Part shown: positions 1-9,616 of the stretch, in pieces
Numbering within the stretch: the first letter of the stretch is position 1
How the letters are laid out: each line of letters begins with the position of its first letter
DNA from: Minisyncoccota bacterium
Lineage (GTDB): Bacteria > Patescibacteriota > Minisyncoccia > Phycocordibacterales > DAORIS01
Length of the DNA stretch: 57,852 nucleotides
Assembly (NCBI GenBank): GCA_035438625.1
Contig: DAORIS010000005.1
Location: 1 to 57,852 of the forward strand
Reading direction: 5' to 3'
Program-made: the position numbers and the translations under genes
The notes under the pieces: generated by a model
Seen by the model: the letters and a program-made list of their open reading frames with translations, nothing else
Told to the model about the DNA's origin: nothing
Databases searched by the model: none

Positions 1-1
1 A

Positions 2-907
2 GTTAGAAAATGGGGAACTATTCCACAGTTTTCTTTTGAACCAAAAAGTCACGCAGATTTGATGCTTCAACAAGACATGGTTGATTTTGAACGCGGCACA
101 AAGGTTGCTGGTTTCCGCGGGTACTTTTTAAAGAAAGAAGCGGTAGAGCTTTCATTCGCGCTTTGGCAGGTTGTCTTGGAACACTTTACCAAAAAAGGAT
201 ACTCACCAATGATGGTGCCATCACTTGTGAAGCGTGAGACACTACTCGGTACAGGATATCTTCCACAAGGAGAAGAAGATTTATATAAAACACAAGACGG
301 AGACTATCTCGCTGGAACTGGAGAAGTTGCAACCATGGGATATTACATGGACGAAGTGATTGATAAATCACAACTACCAATTAAAATTTTGGCATTTTCT
401 CCGTGTTATCGACGAGAAGCAGGAAGTCACGGAAAGGATACAAAGGGACTGATTCGAGTACATGAATTCTTTAAGTGGGAACTTGTCGTGCTTTGTGAGG
501 CGAGTCATGAACAGTCTGTCATTCACCATGAAGAACTTACCAAGGACGCTGAAGAATTAATGCAACTTCTAGAAATCCCATATCATGTAGTTGCAAACTG
601 TGGAGGTGACTTGGGACTTGGGCAAGTTAAGAAGTATGACATTGAAGCGTGGATGCCGTCTGAAAACACATACCGCGAAACAAACTCTGCCTCATATTTT
701 CATGATTTCCAGACTCGACGAACAAATACTCGCTATCGAGATGAAGCTGGAAAAATGCAATTTGCGCACTCATTAAACAGCACAGCACTTTCAGGAAGAC
801 CTCTTATTGCACTCATTGAAAACAACCAACAAGAAGACGGATCAATTAAGATTCCTCCTATACTTCAAAAATATCTTGGAAAAGACATAATTGGTGGAGC
901 GAAGTAA
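2..907 (+). CDS. serS: seryl-tRNA synthetase, C-terminal catalytic domain (5' end outside window)
   Basis: The frame is already open at nt 2 (VRKWGTIPQFSFEPKSHADL) and runs into ORF 59..907. SerRS / class II aaRS signatures are present: FRGYFLK, GTGEVATMGYY, FSPCYRREAGSHGKDTKGLIRVHEF, RETNSASYFHDFQTRR, GRPLIALIEN. Confidence 0.9.
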   Translation, partial: VRKWGTIPQFSFEPKSHADLMLQQDMVDFERGTKVAGFRGYFLKKEAVELSFALWQVVLEHFTKKGYSPMMVPSLVKRETLLGTGYLPQGEEDLYKTQDGDYLAGTGEVATMGYYMDEVIDKSQLPIKILAFSPCYRREAGSHGKDTKGLIRVHEFFKWELVVLCEASHEQSVIHHEELTKDAEELMQLLEIPYHVVANCGGDLGLGQVKKYDIEAWMPSENTYRETNSASYFHDFQTRRTNTRYRDEAGKMQFAHSLNSTALSGRPLIALIENNQQEDGSIKIPPILQKYLGKDIIGGAK

Positions 908-909
908 CT

Positions 910-1854
910 ATGCATGATAGGAGAAAGCAATCAGTGCTCGTCTCACGACGCTTTCAGGAGAAAAAGCGTAAACATACTACATGGGTTCGAATCGTACTCT
1001 TTGGTCTTACTGTTGTTGCAGTATCAAGTGCAATTAGTGTTTTTTTTATTCCAATATTCAATATCTCAAATGTTCGTGTAGATTTTGGCGCTCAAGAAAA
1101 TACAGTTTCAAAATCAGTAACTCAAGATATCGAATTCAAGTTGCTTGCAATGGTCAATGAGGCAATGACAAAGCCTCGAGCATTTTTCTTGCCAGCCTCA
1201 AGTATTTTCTTTAACCGTGCGTCAAATTGGCAACAAGCACTTGAAAATACTGATCCACGATTAAAAGATCTGGAAGTTGATTCTAAAAATCGAGAACTAA
1301 TCATCAAGCCGGTTGTTAGAAAACCATATGGCTCATGGTGTGGTTCGGGTTGGTGTGTATCAGTTGATACAGAAGGAGTCGTTCTTGGTAGTCAGGCTGC
1401 GGTTGCACCTTCAATGAAAACAGAAGTCGCTGATCTTGTGGTTAACGATGAAGCCCCCGTTCGGTTACTTAGAAAAGATGGTGGAGATGGAGCACCTGAC
1501 CCAGGTGAGCCATATCTTGATCCTCAGGTGTTTACAGATACGCTGGCATTTGCTGGAGAAATGAAACGGGAACAATTCGATGCTGAAACGCTTATTGTTG
1601 ACGGCAAATCAAGTATAGGGCAGATTGAAGGTGAACTTGTCAGTGTTTCAGGTCAACGAGTGATGTTTATGCTCTCAAACAAAGAGGGATATGCGGAAAC
1701 AATAAAGTACTTTCAGTTATTTAAAGCGCAAATACGAAAAGTAGGATTTGTACTTTCTGATTATGAATATATTGATTTAAGGTTTGGTAATGCGGTCTAT
1801 TATAAGAAAAAGAATTCAGTAAGTAACACAGAAGAAGAAATAACTGTTCAATGA
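910..1854 (+). CDS. FtsQ/DivIB-like cell division protein (POTRA-type)
   Basis: Basic N-terminal tail and one TM helix (WVRIVLFGLTVVAVSSAISVFFI). A POTRA-like segment follows (FNISNVRVDFG ... LKDLEVDSKNRELIIKPVVRKPYGSW ... VSVDTEGVVLG), and the C-terminus carries IDLRFGNAVYYK as in FtsQ. The ATG lies 3 nt after the serS stop. Confidence 0.5.
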   Translation: MHDRRKQSVLVSRRFQEKKRKHTTWVRIVLFGLTVVAVSSAISVFFIPIFNISNVRVDFGAQENTVSKSVTQDIEFKLLAMVNEAMTKPRAFFLPASSIFFNRASNWQQALENTDPRLKDLEVDSKNRELIIKPVVRKPYGSWCGSGWCVSVDTEGVVLGSQAAVAPSMKTEVADLVVNDEAPVRLLRKDGGDGAPDPGEPYLDPQVFTDTLAFAGEMKREQFDAETLIVDGKSSIGQIEGELVSVSGQRVMFMLSNKEGYAETIKYFQLFKAQIRKVGFVLSDYEYIDLRFGNAVYYKKKNSVSNTEEEITVQ

Positions 1855-2849
1855 GCATAGGATTTTGGAAACAACTTAAGCGGCCATTTTTTGTATTGGC
1901 CCCAATGGCAGACGTAACAGATGCTGCATTTCGACGTGTCATTGCCGCTCGCGGCAAACCAGACGTGATGTGGACAGAGTTTGTTTCCGCTGATGGGTTG
2001 GTGCGTGCAACTCCAGAAGGAAAAGCGAAACTGATGAAAGATTTGATTTATGTAAACGAAGAGCGTCCAATAGTCGCTCAATTGTTTTCCGCACATCCTG
2101 AATATATGAGAGAAGCCGCAAAGCTCGTTAGGGAACTAGGTTTTGATGGAATCGATATCAATATGGGTTGTCCCGATCGGTCAATTGAAAAACAAGGAGC
2201 AGGAGCTGCACTTATCAAAACTCCAGAACTTGCACGAGAGGTTATTAAAGCTGCAAAGGAAGGTGCGAGAGGTGACGGTGTAGAGATTCCTGTTTCTGTT
2301 AAGACACGTGTTGGATATAATAGCGTGACACTTGATGAGTGGTTACCAGAAATTCTCAAAGAATCTCCTGCAGCTGTCACAATTCATGCGCGTACTCGCA
2401 AAGAAATGTCCAAAGTGCCCGCAAACTGGGACTTAGTTCGACAGGCAGTTCAAATTCGAGACCACCTTGGTTCCTCAGCACTCATATTAGGTAACGGGGA
2501 TGTTACAGATATTGCTGATGCACGAGAAAAAGCAGAGCGGACTGGAGCCGACGGGATTATGCTCGGACGAGCAATATTTGGTAACCCGTGGTTATTTAAT
2601 GAAACTCACCCAAAGTCAGCTATTCCACTTAAAGAACAGCTAGAAGCCCTACGAGAGCATGTGCAGCTATTTGATGAGATATTGGGTGGTACAAAGTCTT
2701 TTGCGATTATGAAAAAACATTTTAAGGCGTATGTAGAAGGGTTTGATGGAGCAAAGGAGATCCGGGAGGCCCTCATGAATGCAAGTAATCCACAGGAAGT
2801 GACCTCGCTACTCTCTGCTATGATAGATGGTACTGCCGACCCTCGTTAG
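1851..2849 (+). CDS. dus: tRNA-dihydrouridine synthase (Dus family)
   Basis: Dus TIM-barrel motifs FVLAPMADVTDAAFRRVI, DINMGCP, VSVKTRVGY, TIHARTR, GNGDV. ATGA start/stop overlap with the upstream gene. Confidence 0.85.
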   Translation: MSIGFWKQLKRPFFVLAPMADVTDAAFRRVIAARGKPDVMWTEFVSADGLVRATPEGKAKLMKDLIYVNEERPIVAQLFSAHPEYMREAAKLVRELGFDGIDINMGCPDRSIEKQGAGAALIKTPELAREVIKAAKEGARGDGVEIPVSVKTRVGYNSVTLDEWLPEILKESPAAVTIHARTRKEMSKVPANWDLVRQAVQIRDHLGSSALILGNGDVTDIADAREKAERTGADGIMLGRAIFGNPWLFNETHPKSAIPLKEQLEALREHVQLFDEILGGTKSFAIMKKHFKAYVEGFDGAKEIREALMNASNPQEVTSLLSAMIDGTADPR

Positions 2850-2872
2850 CCTAGGCACAAAGTCACTAATAG

Positions 2873-2901
2873 TTGACTATATTGATATTTTATATTAAAA
2901 T
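2873..2901 (+). promoter_or_regulatory. candidate sigma70-type promoter for the efflux operon
   Basis: TTGACT (2873-2878), 17-nt spacer, TAAAAT (2896-2901), about 29 nt upstream of the ATG at 2930. Sequence match only. Confidence 0.35.
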
Positions 2902-2929
2902 AAAGTCCCATTAATTAAAAACTTATTCC

Positions 2930-4492
2930 ATGTTTACATCGTTATTTGCACGTCTTAAGCGCCCAGCATATTACATCCCACTTGCGATTCTCATCGCAGT
3001 GTTTGGTGGTATTGCGTACGGTTCATCAAATGGTAACGGAAGTTACGAAGTTGTGACTGTAAAAGAAGGCATACTTGAAGAGATTGCAAAGGTAAACGGA
3101 AAAGTTCGTGCTGCACAAAACGTTGATCTGTCCCTTGAGCGTGGTGGACGAATCACCTCAGTCGCAAAGAACGTTGGTGATCGGGTCACTACTGGTGAAC
3201 TTATCCTTTCAACGTCAGCTGGAAACCTTTCAGCGTCTGTTGACCGTGCACGAGCAAATCTTGATCGTGAAATTGCAAAGCTGGAGTCACTTCGTGAAAG
3301 CGCACGACCTGAAGAAATCCAGATTGCAACACAAAAACTGGACCTTGCGGCAACAGAAGTCCGCTCAGCTCTTCGAGATCTATCCGAGCAGGTTAGTGAT
3401 GCGTACGTTCGTTCAAACGATGCAATCCGAAATACTATTGACCAATTTAACTCAGGTGGAGAAGTCTCACCAAACTTTACACTCCCAATTCGTGATGCAG
3501 GTGACGAGACAAAACTTGAAAATGGTCGTCGTCAATTGAAATACACACTAGATCGCTTTGAAGATGCAATTGAAGCCGCAGGGGACGATGCTAGTGATGC
3601 TGTAATTTCTGCAAATGTTGAAAGGGGACTTTCGGTACTTACCGACATCAGCACATACCTTACAGATTTTGCTTCAGCAATTAACGATATTCGTCCTGAC
3701 GATTCATACACTCAAGATGAAATTAACTCGTGGAAAGAAGATATCTCAGCTGCACGAACATCTGTTTCTGTAGGAAGACAAAATCTCATCGCTGGACGAC
3801 AGCGTCTACAAGATTCAAAAAATGATGTGTTGATCGCACAAAGTGAGCTTGAAATTAAACAAACTGGTGGAAGCGCATCAGAGATTCGAATTCAAGAAGC
3901 AGTTGTTGCACAAATGCGCGCAGACCTTCTAGCTTCACGTGCTGAACTACAAGACACAGTCATTGTTGCTCCATTTGCTGGAATCATCACTCGAATCGAT
4001 GCTGAAGTTGGTGCAAGCGCACTTTCAGGCGACCCACTCGTATCCTTGATCTCAGAAGGATCTCTTGAAATTGAAGCAAACCTCCCTGAAGTGACCGTTG
4101 CTCGTGTTTCAGTTGGAGACAGCGCACGAGTGACACTCGATGCCTTTGGAAGCGGAGTCACATATGACGCAGTTGTAACATCAGTTGACCTCTCAGGAAA
4201 AGAAGTTGATGGTGTGCAGTCATACCAAACAACACTCCAGTTCGTTAATCCAGATGAACGTGTAAAGGTTGGAATGACAGCAAACGTATCAATCGTCACT
4301 GAAGTTCGCTCAAATGCAAAAATTCTCCCAAAGAATGCTGTCTCAAATATTGACGGTAAGTTTTACGTATTAAAAATAAATGGTTCAGAAAAGCCAGTTG
4401 AAACTGAAGTAACTGTTGGAATGTCAGCAGAAGGAGGAATTGAAGTTGTTTCAGGTCTTGAAGTGGAAGACCAGGTTGCTATTAAAAACTAA
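2930..4492 (+). CDS. HlyD/MacA-type periplasmic adaptor (membrane fusion protein)
   Basis: N-terminal TM anchor, long coiled-coil middle (LDREIAKLESLRE, QRLQDSKNDVLIAQSELEIKQ), then lipoyl/beta-barrel segments (VIVAPFAGIITRIDAEVG, ARVTLDAF, KVGMTANVSI). First gene of an adaptor-permease-ATPase trio. Confidence 0.8.
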   Translation: MFTSLFARLKRPAYYIPLAILIAVFGGIAYGSSNGNGSYEVVTVKEGILEEIAKVNGKVRAAQNVDLSLERGGRITSVAKNVGDRVTTGELILSTSAGNLSASVDRARANLDREIAKLESLRESARPEEIQIATQKLDLAATEVRSALRDLSEQVSDAYVRSNDAIRNTIDQFNSGGEVSPNFTLPIRDAGDETKLENGRRQLKYTLDRFEDAIEAAGDDASDAVISANVERGLSVLTDISTYLTDFASAINDIRPDDSYTQDEINSWKEDISAARTSVSVGRQNLIAGRQRLQDSKNDVLIAQSELEIKQTGGSASEIRIQEAVVAQMRADLLASRAELQDTVIVAPFAGIITRIDAEVGASALSGDPLVSLISEGSLEIEANLPEVTVARVSVGDSARVTLDAFGSGVTYDAVVTSVDLSGKEVDGVQSYQTTLQFVNPDERVKVGMTANVSIVTEVRSNAKILPKNAVSNIDGKFYVLKINGSEKPVETEVTVGMSAEGGIEVVSGLEVEDQVAIKN

Positions 4493-4500
4493 TAGGACAG

Positions 4501-5751
4501 ATGACATCATTTAAGGTAGGACTTTTCCTTGCGATTCGCCAACTAAGGCGGGCAAACATTTGGACTAACATCCTGATTTCTTTTGTGATGGTCCTTACCT
4601 TCCTCAACCTTGTTGTCATTAACGGTATCCTTGTTGGACTTATTCAAGGCTCAGAAGAGCAATACAAAGACCGCTACACAGGAGATGTTATCGTCTCAAA
4701 ATTGATCAGTAAGCCGTATATCCAACGTACATCTGAGATTATCGCTGCTATTGAATCTATGCCTGGTATTAAGGACTATGTAGTCCGATATACAGAAGGT
4801 GGAAGTGTTCAAGCAGATTATAAAGAAAACATCAAAAAGGAAGGTGACCTCGACATGAGCACGGGTGCACTATTTTCTGGTATTAATCCTGTTAAAGAAA
4901 ATGAAATCTTCGGACTCGCTGATTTCGTTGTAGAAGGAGAGTACCTACAGCCAGGTGATTTCGACAAGGTGATGATCGGAGCAAACTTGCTCTATCGATA
5001 CATCCAAATTGACTCCCCTGTCTTTCGTCCGCTTAAAGGAGATATTGGCCCTGGAGACAAGGTCCGCGTAACAATTGGAGACACCATTCGCGAAGTGGAA
5101 ATCAAGGGTATCGTAAAGACAAAGGTGGATGAAATCAGCTCACGAATTTTCATGGACGAGGCGCAACTTCGACAGATCGCTGGAAGAAATGCGTATGATG
5201 CAAACGAAATTTCTATCATCGCTGAGCCTGGGGTAACACAAGAATCAATTCGCGACGCACTTCTTGCTCGAGGATTCGGTGAGTACGCTACGGTCCAGAC
5301 ACAAAAGGAATCTATTCCTGTGTTTCTCGATCAAATCAAAGATACATTCGGCCTCCTCGGTAATGCTATGGGTCTTATTGGTCTTGTGGTTGCCTCTATC
5401 ACCATCTTCATTGTTATCTTTGTGAACATCATCACACGCCGAAAGTATATCGGTATTCTTAAAGGTATCGGAGTGTCTGGAAAGGCGATTGAAATTTCAT
5501 ATATTTTCCAATCTGCATTTTATGCAATCGTTGGGTCAGTAATTGGACTTGTACTTACATTCTTTGTCCTCCGACCTCTCTTCTATGCGCACCCAATTGA
5601 TTTCCCATTCAGTGATGGAATTCTTGCAGTTACTTGGGTTGGTACACTTGTCCGTGCTGGAATTCTGATTGTCTGCACAATCATCGCTGGATACATTCCT
5701 GCGCGAATGATTGTCCGAAGAAATACGCTCGATTCAATCCTTGGCCGATAA
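4501..5751 (+). CDS. ABC transporter permease, MacB/FtsX family
   Basis: TM1, a large extracytoplasmic domain, and three C-terminal TM helices carrying the FtsX-type segment RRKYIGILKGIGVSG. Sits between the adaptor and the ATPase. Confidence 0.8.
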   Translation: MTSFKVGLFLAIRQLRRANIWTNILISFVMVLTFLNLVVINGILVGLIQGSEEQYKDRYTGDVIVSKLISKPYIQRTSEIIAAIESMPGIKDYVVRYTEGGSVQADYKENIKKEGDLDMSTGALFSGINPVKENEIFGLADFVVEGEYLQPGDFDKVMIGANLLYRYIQIDSPVFRPLKGDIGPGDKVRVTIGDTIREVEIKGIVKTKVDEISSRIFMDEAQLRQIAGRNAYDANEISIIAEPGVTQESIRDALLARGFGEYATVQTQKESIPVFLDQIKDTFGLLGNAMGLIGLVVASITIFIVIFVNIITRRKYIGILKGIGVSGKAIEISYIFQSAFYAIVGSVIGLVLTFFVLRPLFYAHPIDFPFSDGILAVTWVGTLVRAGILIVCTIIAGYIPARMIVRRNTLDSILGR

Positions 5752-5756
5752 TATTT

Positions 5757-6449
5757 ATGTCTATGCAAAATATCATTAGTATCAAAAACCTGACAAAGAC
5801 ATACTCAAGCGGGAATATTGAAACCCACGTGCTTAAGGGTATTGATTTTGAAGTGAAACAAGGAGAATTCGTGGCAATCATGGGACGATCAGGAGCTGGT
5901 AAAAGTACACTTCTGTATCAGATGAGTTTGCTCGACCATCCAACTGGTGGCGCGATTGTGCTTGATGGAAAGAACACAGAAAAAATGTCCCAGGACGAAC
6001 GAACAACATTTCGTTTGATGGAACTTGGATATGTGTTCCAGGACTATGCGCTCATGCCAGAACTTACTGCAATTGAAAACGTAATGATTCCACTCCTTAT
6101 GCAAGGTTCACCAAAAGCTCGTGCTTCAAAAATTGCAGAAGACGCGCTTACAAAGGTAGGTTTGGGAGATAAGTTGTACAACTTGCCCTCACAGCTCTCA
6201 GGAGGCCAACAGCAGCGTGTTTCTATTGCACGTGCCATTGCACACGGTCCGAAGATTATCTTCGCTGACGAGCCAACTGCAAACCTTGATAGTGAATCAT
6301 CACGACTAATTATTGATATTTTTAGAGACCTTAACGAACGCGCTGGACAAACCATCATCATGGTTACCCACGAAGAGGAATATAGTAAACTCGCAAAAAG
6401 AATTGTTACACTTTCTGATGGTCTGATCACGAGCGACATCTCGCGATAA
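5757..6449 (+). CDS. ABC transporter ATP-binding protein (MacB/LolD-like)
   Basis: Walker A GRSGAGKST, signature LSGGQQQRVSIARA, Walker B IIFADEPT, H-loop VTHE. The ORF-track start 5634 overlaps the permease; ATG 5757 (MSMQNIISIKNL) lies 6 nt after the permease stop. Confidence 0.9.
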   Translation: MSMQNIISIKNLTKTYSSGNIETHVLKGIDFEVKQGEFVAIMGRSGAGKSTLLYQMSLLDHPTGGAIVLDGKNTEKMSQDERTTFRLMELGYVFQDYALMPELTAIENVMIPLLMQGSPKARASKIAEDALTKVGLGDKLYNLPSQLSGGQQQRVSIARAIAHGPKIIFADEPTANLDSESSRLIIDIFRDLNERAGQTIIMVTHEEEYSKLAKRIVTLSDGLITSDISR

Positions 6450-6475
6450 AACTATAGTTACGATATAGTATCTAT

Positions 6476-6763
6476 ATGAACGAAGTTCTTCAGACAAATA
6501 TTTTCCTTGGTATTACCGGGGTAGCAGTCATTATCATAACGTTGCTTGTCATTGTGTTATTGGTATACGGCATCAAAATATTTAGAGATGTTTCTCATAT
6601 TTCGCATAAGGTAAAAGAGGAAAGCGAAGCGATTGTGGACGATGTTAGAGAATTGCGCAATAATATTAAGGAGAGTTCACCAGTTACGTCGGTTGTTTCT
6701 TTTTTCGCAAAAATACTTGGCTCACATACTCGTAAGGCACGCACCAAGCGATCAAAGGAATAA
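6476..6763 (+). CDS. small membrane-anchored coiled-coil protein (DUF948-like)
   Basis: One N-terminal TM helix (IFLGITGVAVIIITLLVIVLLVYGI), then a charged helical region. Sits directly upstream of a YtxH-like gene, the same pairing as ytxG-ytxH in Firmicutes (recalled from memory). Confidence 0.4.
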   Translation: MNEVLQTNIFLGITGVAVIIITLLVIVLLVYGIKIFRDVSHISHKVKEESEAIVDDVRELRNNIKESSPVTSVVSFFAKILGSHTRKARTKRSKE

Positions 6764-6802
6764 TTGAAAGTGTATACTTACTAATTTTAAATTCAGATTT
6801 TC

Positions 6803-7207
6803 ATGAGCACTAAGAAAAATACAAATAACGACAGTAAGAGTCTCGTTGAGGCGGGACTAGCCATTGGAGCAATTGCAGCAGGAGCAGCAGGAGCATATTT
6901 TATGTTTGGTTCAAAAAAAGCAAAGCAGAATCGAGCGCATATGAAGAGTTGGGTGTATAAGGCAAAGAGCGAAGTGATTGATCGCATGGAGCAGCTTAAA
7001 AACGTCAGCGAAGATGAATATAAGAAGCTTGTTGATACAGTCGTGACAACATACCAAAACAAAGGTAATGTAAGCGTCCAAGAGATTGGACAGATCGCAA
7101 AGGATCTTAAGGCTCACTGGAAGAACATCAGAAATGACATTAAGAAACACACATCACCACGATCAACAACAGCCAAGCCGGCAGCCAAGAAAAAGACCGC
7201 AAAGTAG
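6803..7207 (+). CDS. YtxH-like general-stress-type protein
   Basis: Gly/Ala-rich hydrophobic N-terminal segment (EAGLAIGAIAAGAAGAYFMFGSKKAK) followed by a long amphipathic helical region and a basic tail, as in YtxH-domain proteins. Confidence 0.5.
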   Translation: MSTKKNTNNDSKSLVEAGLAIGAIAAGAAGAYFMFGSKKAKQNRAHMKSWVYKAKSEVIDRMEQLKNVSEDEYKKLVDTVVTTYQNKGNVSVQEIGQIAKDLKAHWKNIRNDIKKHTSPRSTTAKPAAKKKTAK

Positions 7208-7976
7208 TCTGGGTAGATCAAAAGCACCAAAAGAGACGTCATGGGGTGGCGTCTCTTCTTGGTATGAGGATGTTGTAGGAGATCCAGCGTCATACCAACA
7301 AGCAGTACTTTTACCGAATGTAGTTCGAATGCTCGCTGATACAGCAAAGCCCGGAAACACCATTGTAGATGTTGGCTGTGGTACGGGACTCTTTTCACAA
7401 GAACTTGCAAAATCAGGTGCACGTGTCATTGGTATTGATCCAGGTGAGTCCTTTATATCCAAGGCAAACGAAAGTGGAAAGGGAGAATTTAAAGTTGGTA
7501 CGGCTGACGCACTTCCTGTTTCTAATAACTCAGCTGACGCGGTTATGTGTATTTTGGCACTCCAGAATATTCGCGAAGCACGTGCGGCAATTATGGAATG
7601 GAAGCGAATTATAAAAATTGGCGGAAGTGCTTTGCTTGTTCTTAACCACCCTGCATTTAGAATCCCAAAACAAACTGGATGGGGATGGGATGAGGTTGCG
7701 AGAAAGCAATATAGAAAGATTGATGCATACATGTCTGAATCAGAAGCAGGTATTGTCATGAATCCAGGAGGAAAACAAGATTCATTGACCGCATCATTTC
7801 ATCGACCACTACAGTGGTATTTTAAACAGTTACACGCAGCGGGGTTTGCAGTGACACGACTTGAGGAATGGATCTCACATAAGAAAAGCGGAGCAGGACC
7901 TCGACAAGTTGAAGAAGACAGAATGAGAAAGGAAATACCACTCTTCCTTTGCTTAGAAGCAAAAAGATTGAGCTAA
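7134..7976 (+). CDS. class I SAM-dependent methyltransferase (start uncertain)
   Basis: Motif I VDVGCGTGLF, motif II IGIDPG, later DAVMCILALQNI. The family-typical N-terminus (SWGGVSSWYEDVVGD) begins just after the upstream stop, where no ATG/GTG/TTG exists. The start is therefore ATG 7134 or 7086 (both overlapping the YtxH-like gene) or CTG 7209. Confidence 0.7.
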   Translation: MTLRNTHHHDQQQPSRQPRKRPQSSLGRSKAPKETSWGGVSSWYEDVVGDPASYQQAVLLPNVVRMLADTAKPGNTIVDVGCGTGLFSQELAKSGARVIGIDPGESFISKANESGKGEFKVGTADALPVSNNSADAVMCILALQNIREARAAIMEWKRIIKIGGSALLVLNHPAFRIPKQTGWGWDEVARKQYRKIDAYMSESEAGIVMNPGGKQDSLTASFHRPLQWYFKQLHAAGFAVTRLEEWISHKKSGAGPRQVEEDRMRKEIPLFLCLEAKRLS

Positions 7977-9145
7977 AGCGTGTCTTTTATATTGTACGCA
8001 AATACTACTCCAAGTGCTGCGATGCATGCTACGGCAAAGAATACGTGCGAGAGGGATATGAATGCGAGTGAAGCACTAATTCCGAGTGGAACGAGGATGT
8101 ATGAAAGACTCGCGATACTCATCCACAGGCTAACAAGTTGTGCCTGGCCGTTCCGTATCATTTTAAAGAAGTAACTCTCGGCCATAATTTCTACAGAACT
8201 TGCTCCGACGCGAGTGATAAAGAGAAGCGTTGTCCACGCAACGATTGAAAGTGTATGCATGAAGGGAATTAAGCCTGTTGAAAGTGCAATGATAACAAAT
8301 CCCAGGATAAGGATTTCTTTTTCACCTAAGTATTTATCTGAAATTTTTCCGAGTGGATACTCAAACAACATAAATGGCAGAAGCATGATGGTAAACATCA
8401 CACCGATTTCTCCCCAACCAAAACCAATATCTCGAAGATATATAGGCATGTAAATAACCATCGCTGCGAAGAACATCTGCAGGATGAAGTTGCACATGAC
8501 AATCATCCCAATACTCTTGTTCTTTATTGCAATTCTGACCCCACTTAAAATACTATGGTTACCATAATGAGAATCCTTAAAGTGTTGTACTGAGAGAATT
8601 CCGGCGAGCATTGGAAGGGTCATAAGGGCAGAAAGTGCATATACTGATACGAAATCGGTAGCTGAGAGTAGTAGTCCTGAAAGAAGTGGAATGGCCACAA
8701 ACATGGAGTTAACGATCGTTAAAAACATTCCACGCGCTGATCCCGTCTGACTGTGTTTCGAATAGTGCTGGATGAAAATACTGAAGTGAAAATACATGAC
8801 AGGGATAATGGCGTGATGGAGGATGAATGCTGCCATTACAACCATAGGGTGTGGGGAAGCTGCCATGACGGCGAGACTTGCCATTTCAATCATGATTGCA
8901 ACCGCCATCCCTGCTCGGTTACCGATTCTTTGTAAAATAGATGGAAGAATAGCGAGAATCACGATTCCTAAGAATGATCCTCCGGCATATAAAAATCCCA
9001 CTTTGTCTTCACCGACAATTCCTGAAAGGAAACTGGAGTTTATGTAAATTGTTAAAACGTAATGAACAGCAAAAAAGAGTGTTGCTGTATAAATTCTATT
9101 TAAATCCCGTGCAAACGGGTGCATGAACGAACGAAGCATGTGCAA
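7973..9145 (-). CDS. MFS transporter
   Basis: About 12 hydrophobic helices. The loop LQRIGNRAG resembles MFS motif A. Tail-to-tail 4-nt overlap with the methyltransferase gene. Confidence 0.75.
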   Translation of the reverse strand: MHMLRSFMHPFARDLNRIYTATLFFAVHYVLTIYINSSFLSGIVGEDKVGFLYAGGSFLGIVILAILPSILQRIGNRAGMAVAIMIEMASLAVMAASPHPMVVMAAFILHHAIIPVMYFHFSIFIQHYSKHSQTGSARGMFLTIVNSMFVAIPLLSGLLLSATDFVSVYALSALMTLPMLAGILSVQHFKDSHYGNHSILSGVRIAIKNKSIGMIVMCNFILQMFFAAMVIYMPIYLRDIGFGWGEIGVMFTIMLLPFMLFEYPLGKISDKYLGEKEILILGFVIIALSTGLIPFMHTLSIVAWTTLLFITRVGASSVEIMAESYFFKMIRNGQAQLVSLWMSIASLSYILVPLGISASLAFISLSHVFFAVACIAALGVVFAYNIKDTL

Positions 9146-9226
9146 ATTATATCAGTAAAAGAAAAAACACCTGATTACCTCTATGAGCATAATCAAGTGC
9201 CTGCAATGGGGACTATGAAGCGGGTG

Positions 9227-9559
9227 TCACGATTCAGGTGCGTCGCCAAATGGATCAGGGTACGGAGAAGCTGTTGGTTGTGTCGAGGGTTGAAGTTCTC
9301 GAGCATTTCGAACTTCGTCACGCCCTATTACTTTTCCATTGTGAATGCCGGTTTCATATCCAGTTGCATACAGTCTGTATGCAAACGGAAGTGCTACCAC
9401 AAAGAAGCACGCCAACATCAAACCCTGTAAAACATCCTTGTTCTTGCTCCTGACTGCGGAAATCATCCAGCCACACGCGAAGCCGATACAGAATACAGCA
9501 GCCGTAAGTGAGAACATTGCGAGCAGAGGTGTTTCTGCAAGACGAGAGTACTGATGCAT
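9227..9559 (-). CDS. hypothetical small membrane protein
   Basis: Two to three hydrophobic segments and a Pro-rich C-terminus. AGGAG lies 5 nt upstream of the ATG, and a near-consensus promoter lies upstream. Confidence 0.55.
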   Translation of the reverse strand: MHQYSRLAETPLLAMFSLTAAVFCIGFACGWMISAVRSKNKDVLQGLMLACFFVVALPFAYRLYATGYETGIHNGKVIGRDEVRNARELQPSTQPTASPYPDPFGDAPES

Positions 9560-9588
9560 AGGATCTCCTAAAAGAAGTACTGTTATAT

Positions 9589-9616
9589 ATTATATCACAA
9601 AAGTGATATAAGTCAA
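9589..9616 (-). promoter_or_regulatory. near-consensus sigma70-type promoter
   Basis: Minus strand reads TTGACT (9616-9611), 16-nt spacer, TATAAT (9594-9589), then ttttAGGAGatcctATG of gene 9227..9559. The spacer contains an 8-bp AT hairpin (9591-9610) that may also mark the end of the RNase J transcript. Confidence 0.5.

Noticed and set aside
5634-5756. Upstream extension of the ABC ATPase ORF, and similar long N-terminal extensions at 20964, 28073, 35047, 38555, 40116 and 14123
   Set aside because: The extensions overlap the preceding gene or a terminator and have odd composition. In each case an internal ATG gives a protein that starts where the family or the TM anchor starts.
9545-9563. 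Identical 13-mer AGGAGATCCTATG at the starts of gene 9227..9559 (minus strand) and the csrA-like gene (52011..52025); considered as a shared regulatory element
   Set aside because: Eight of the 13 positions are forced by the SD and the ATG. The remaining 5-nt identity between two of about eight SD-bearing genes can plausibly be chance, and no wider similarity flanks it.
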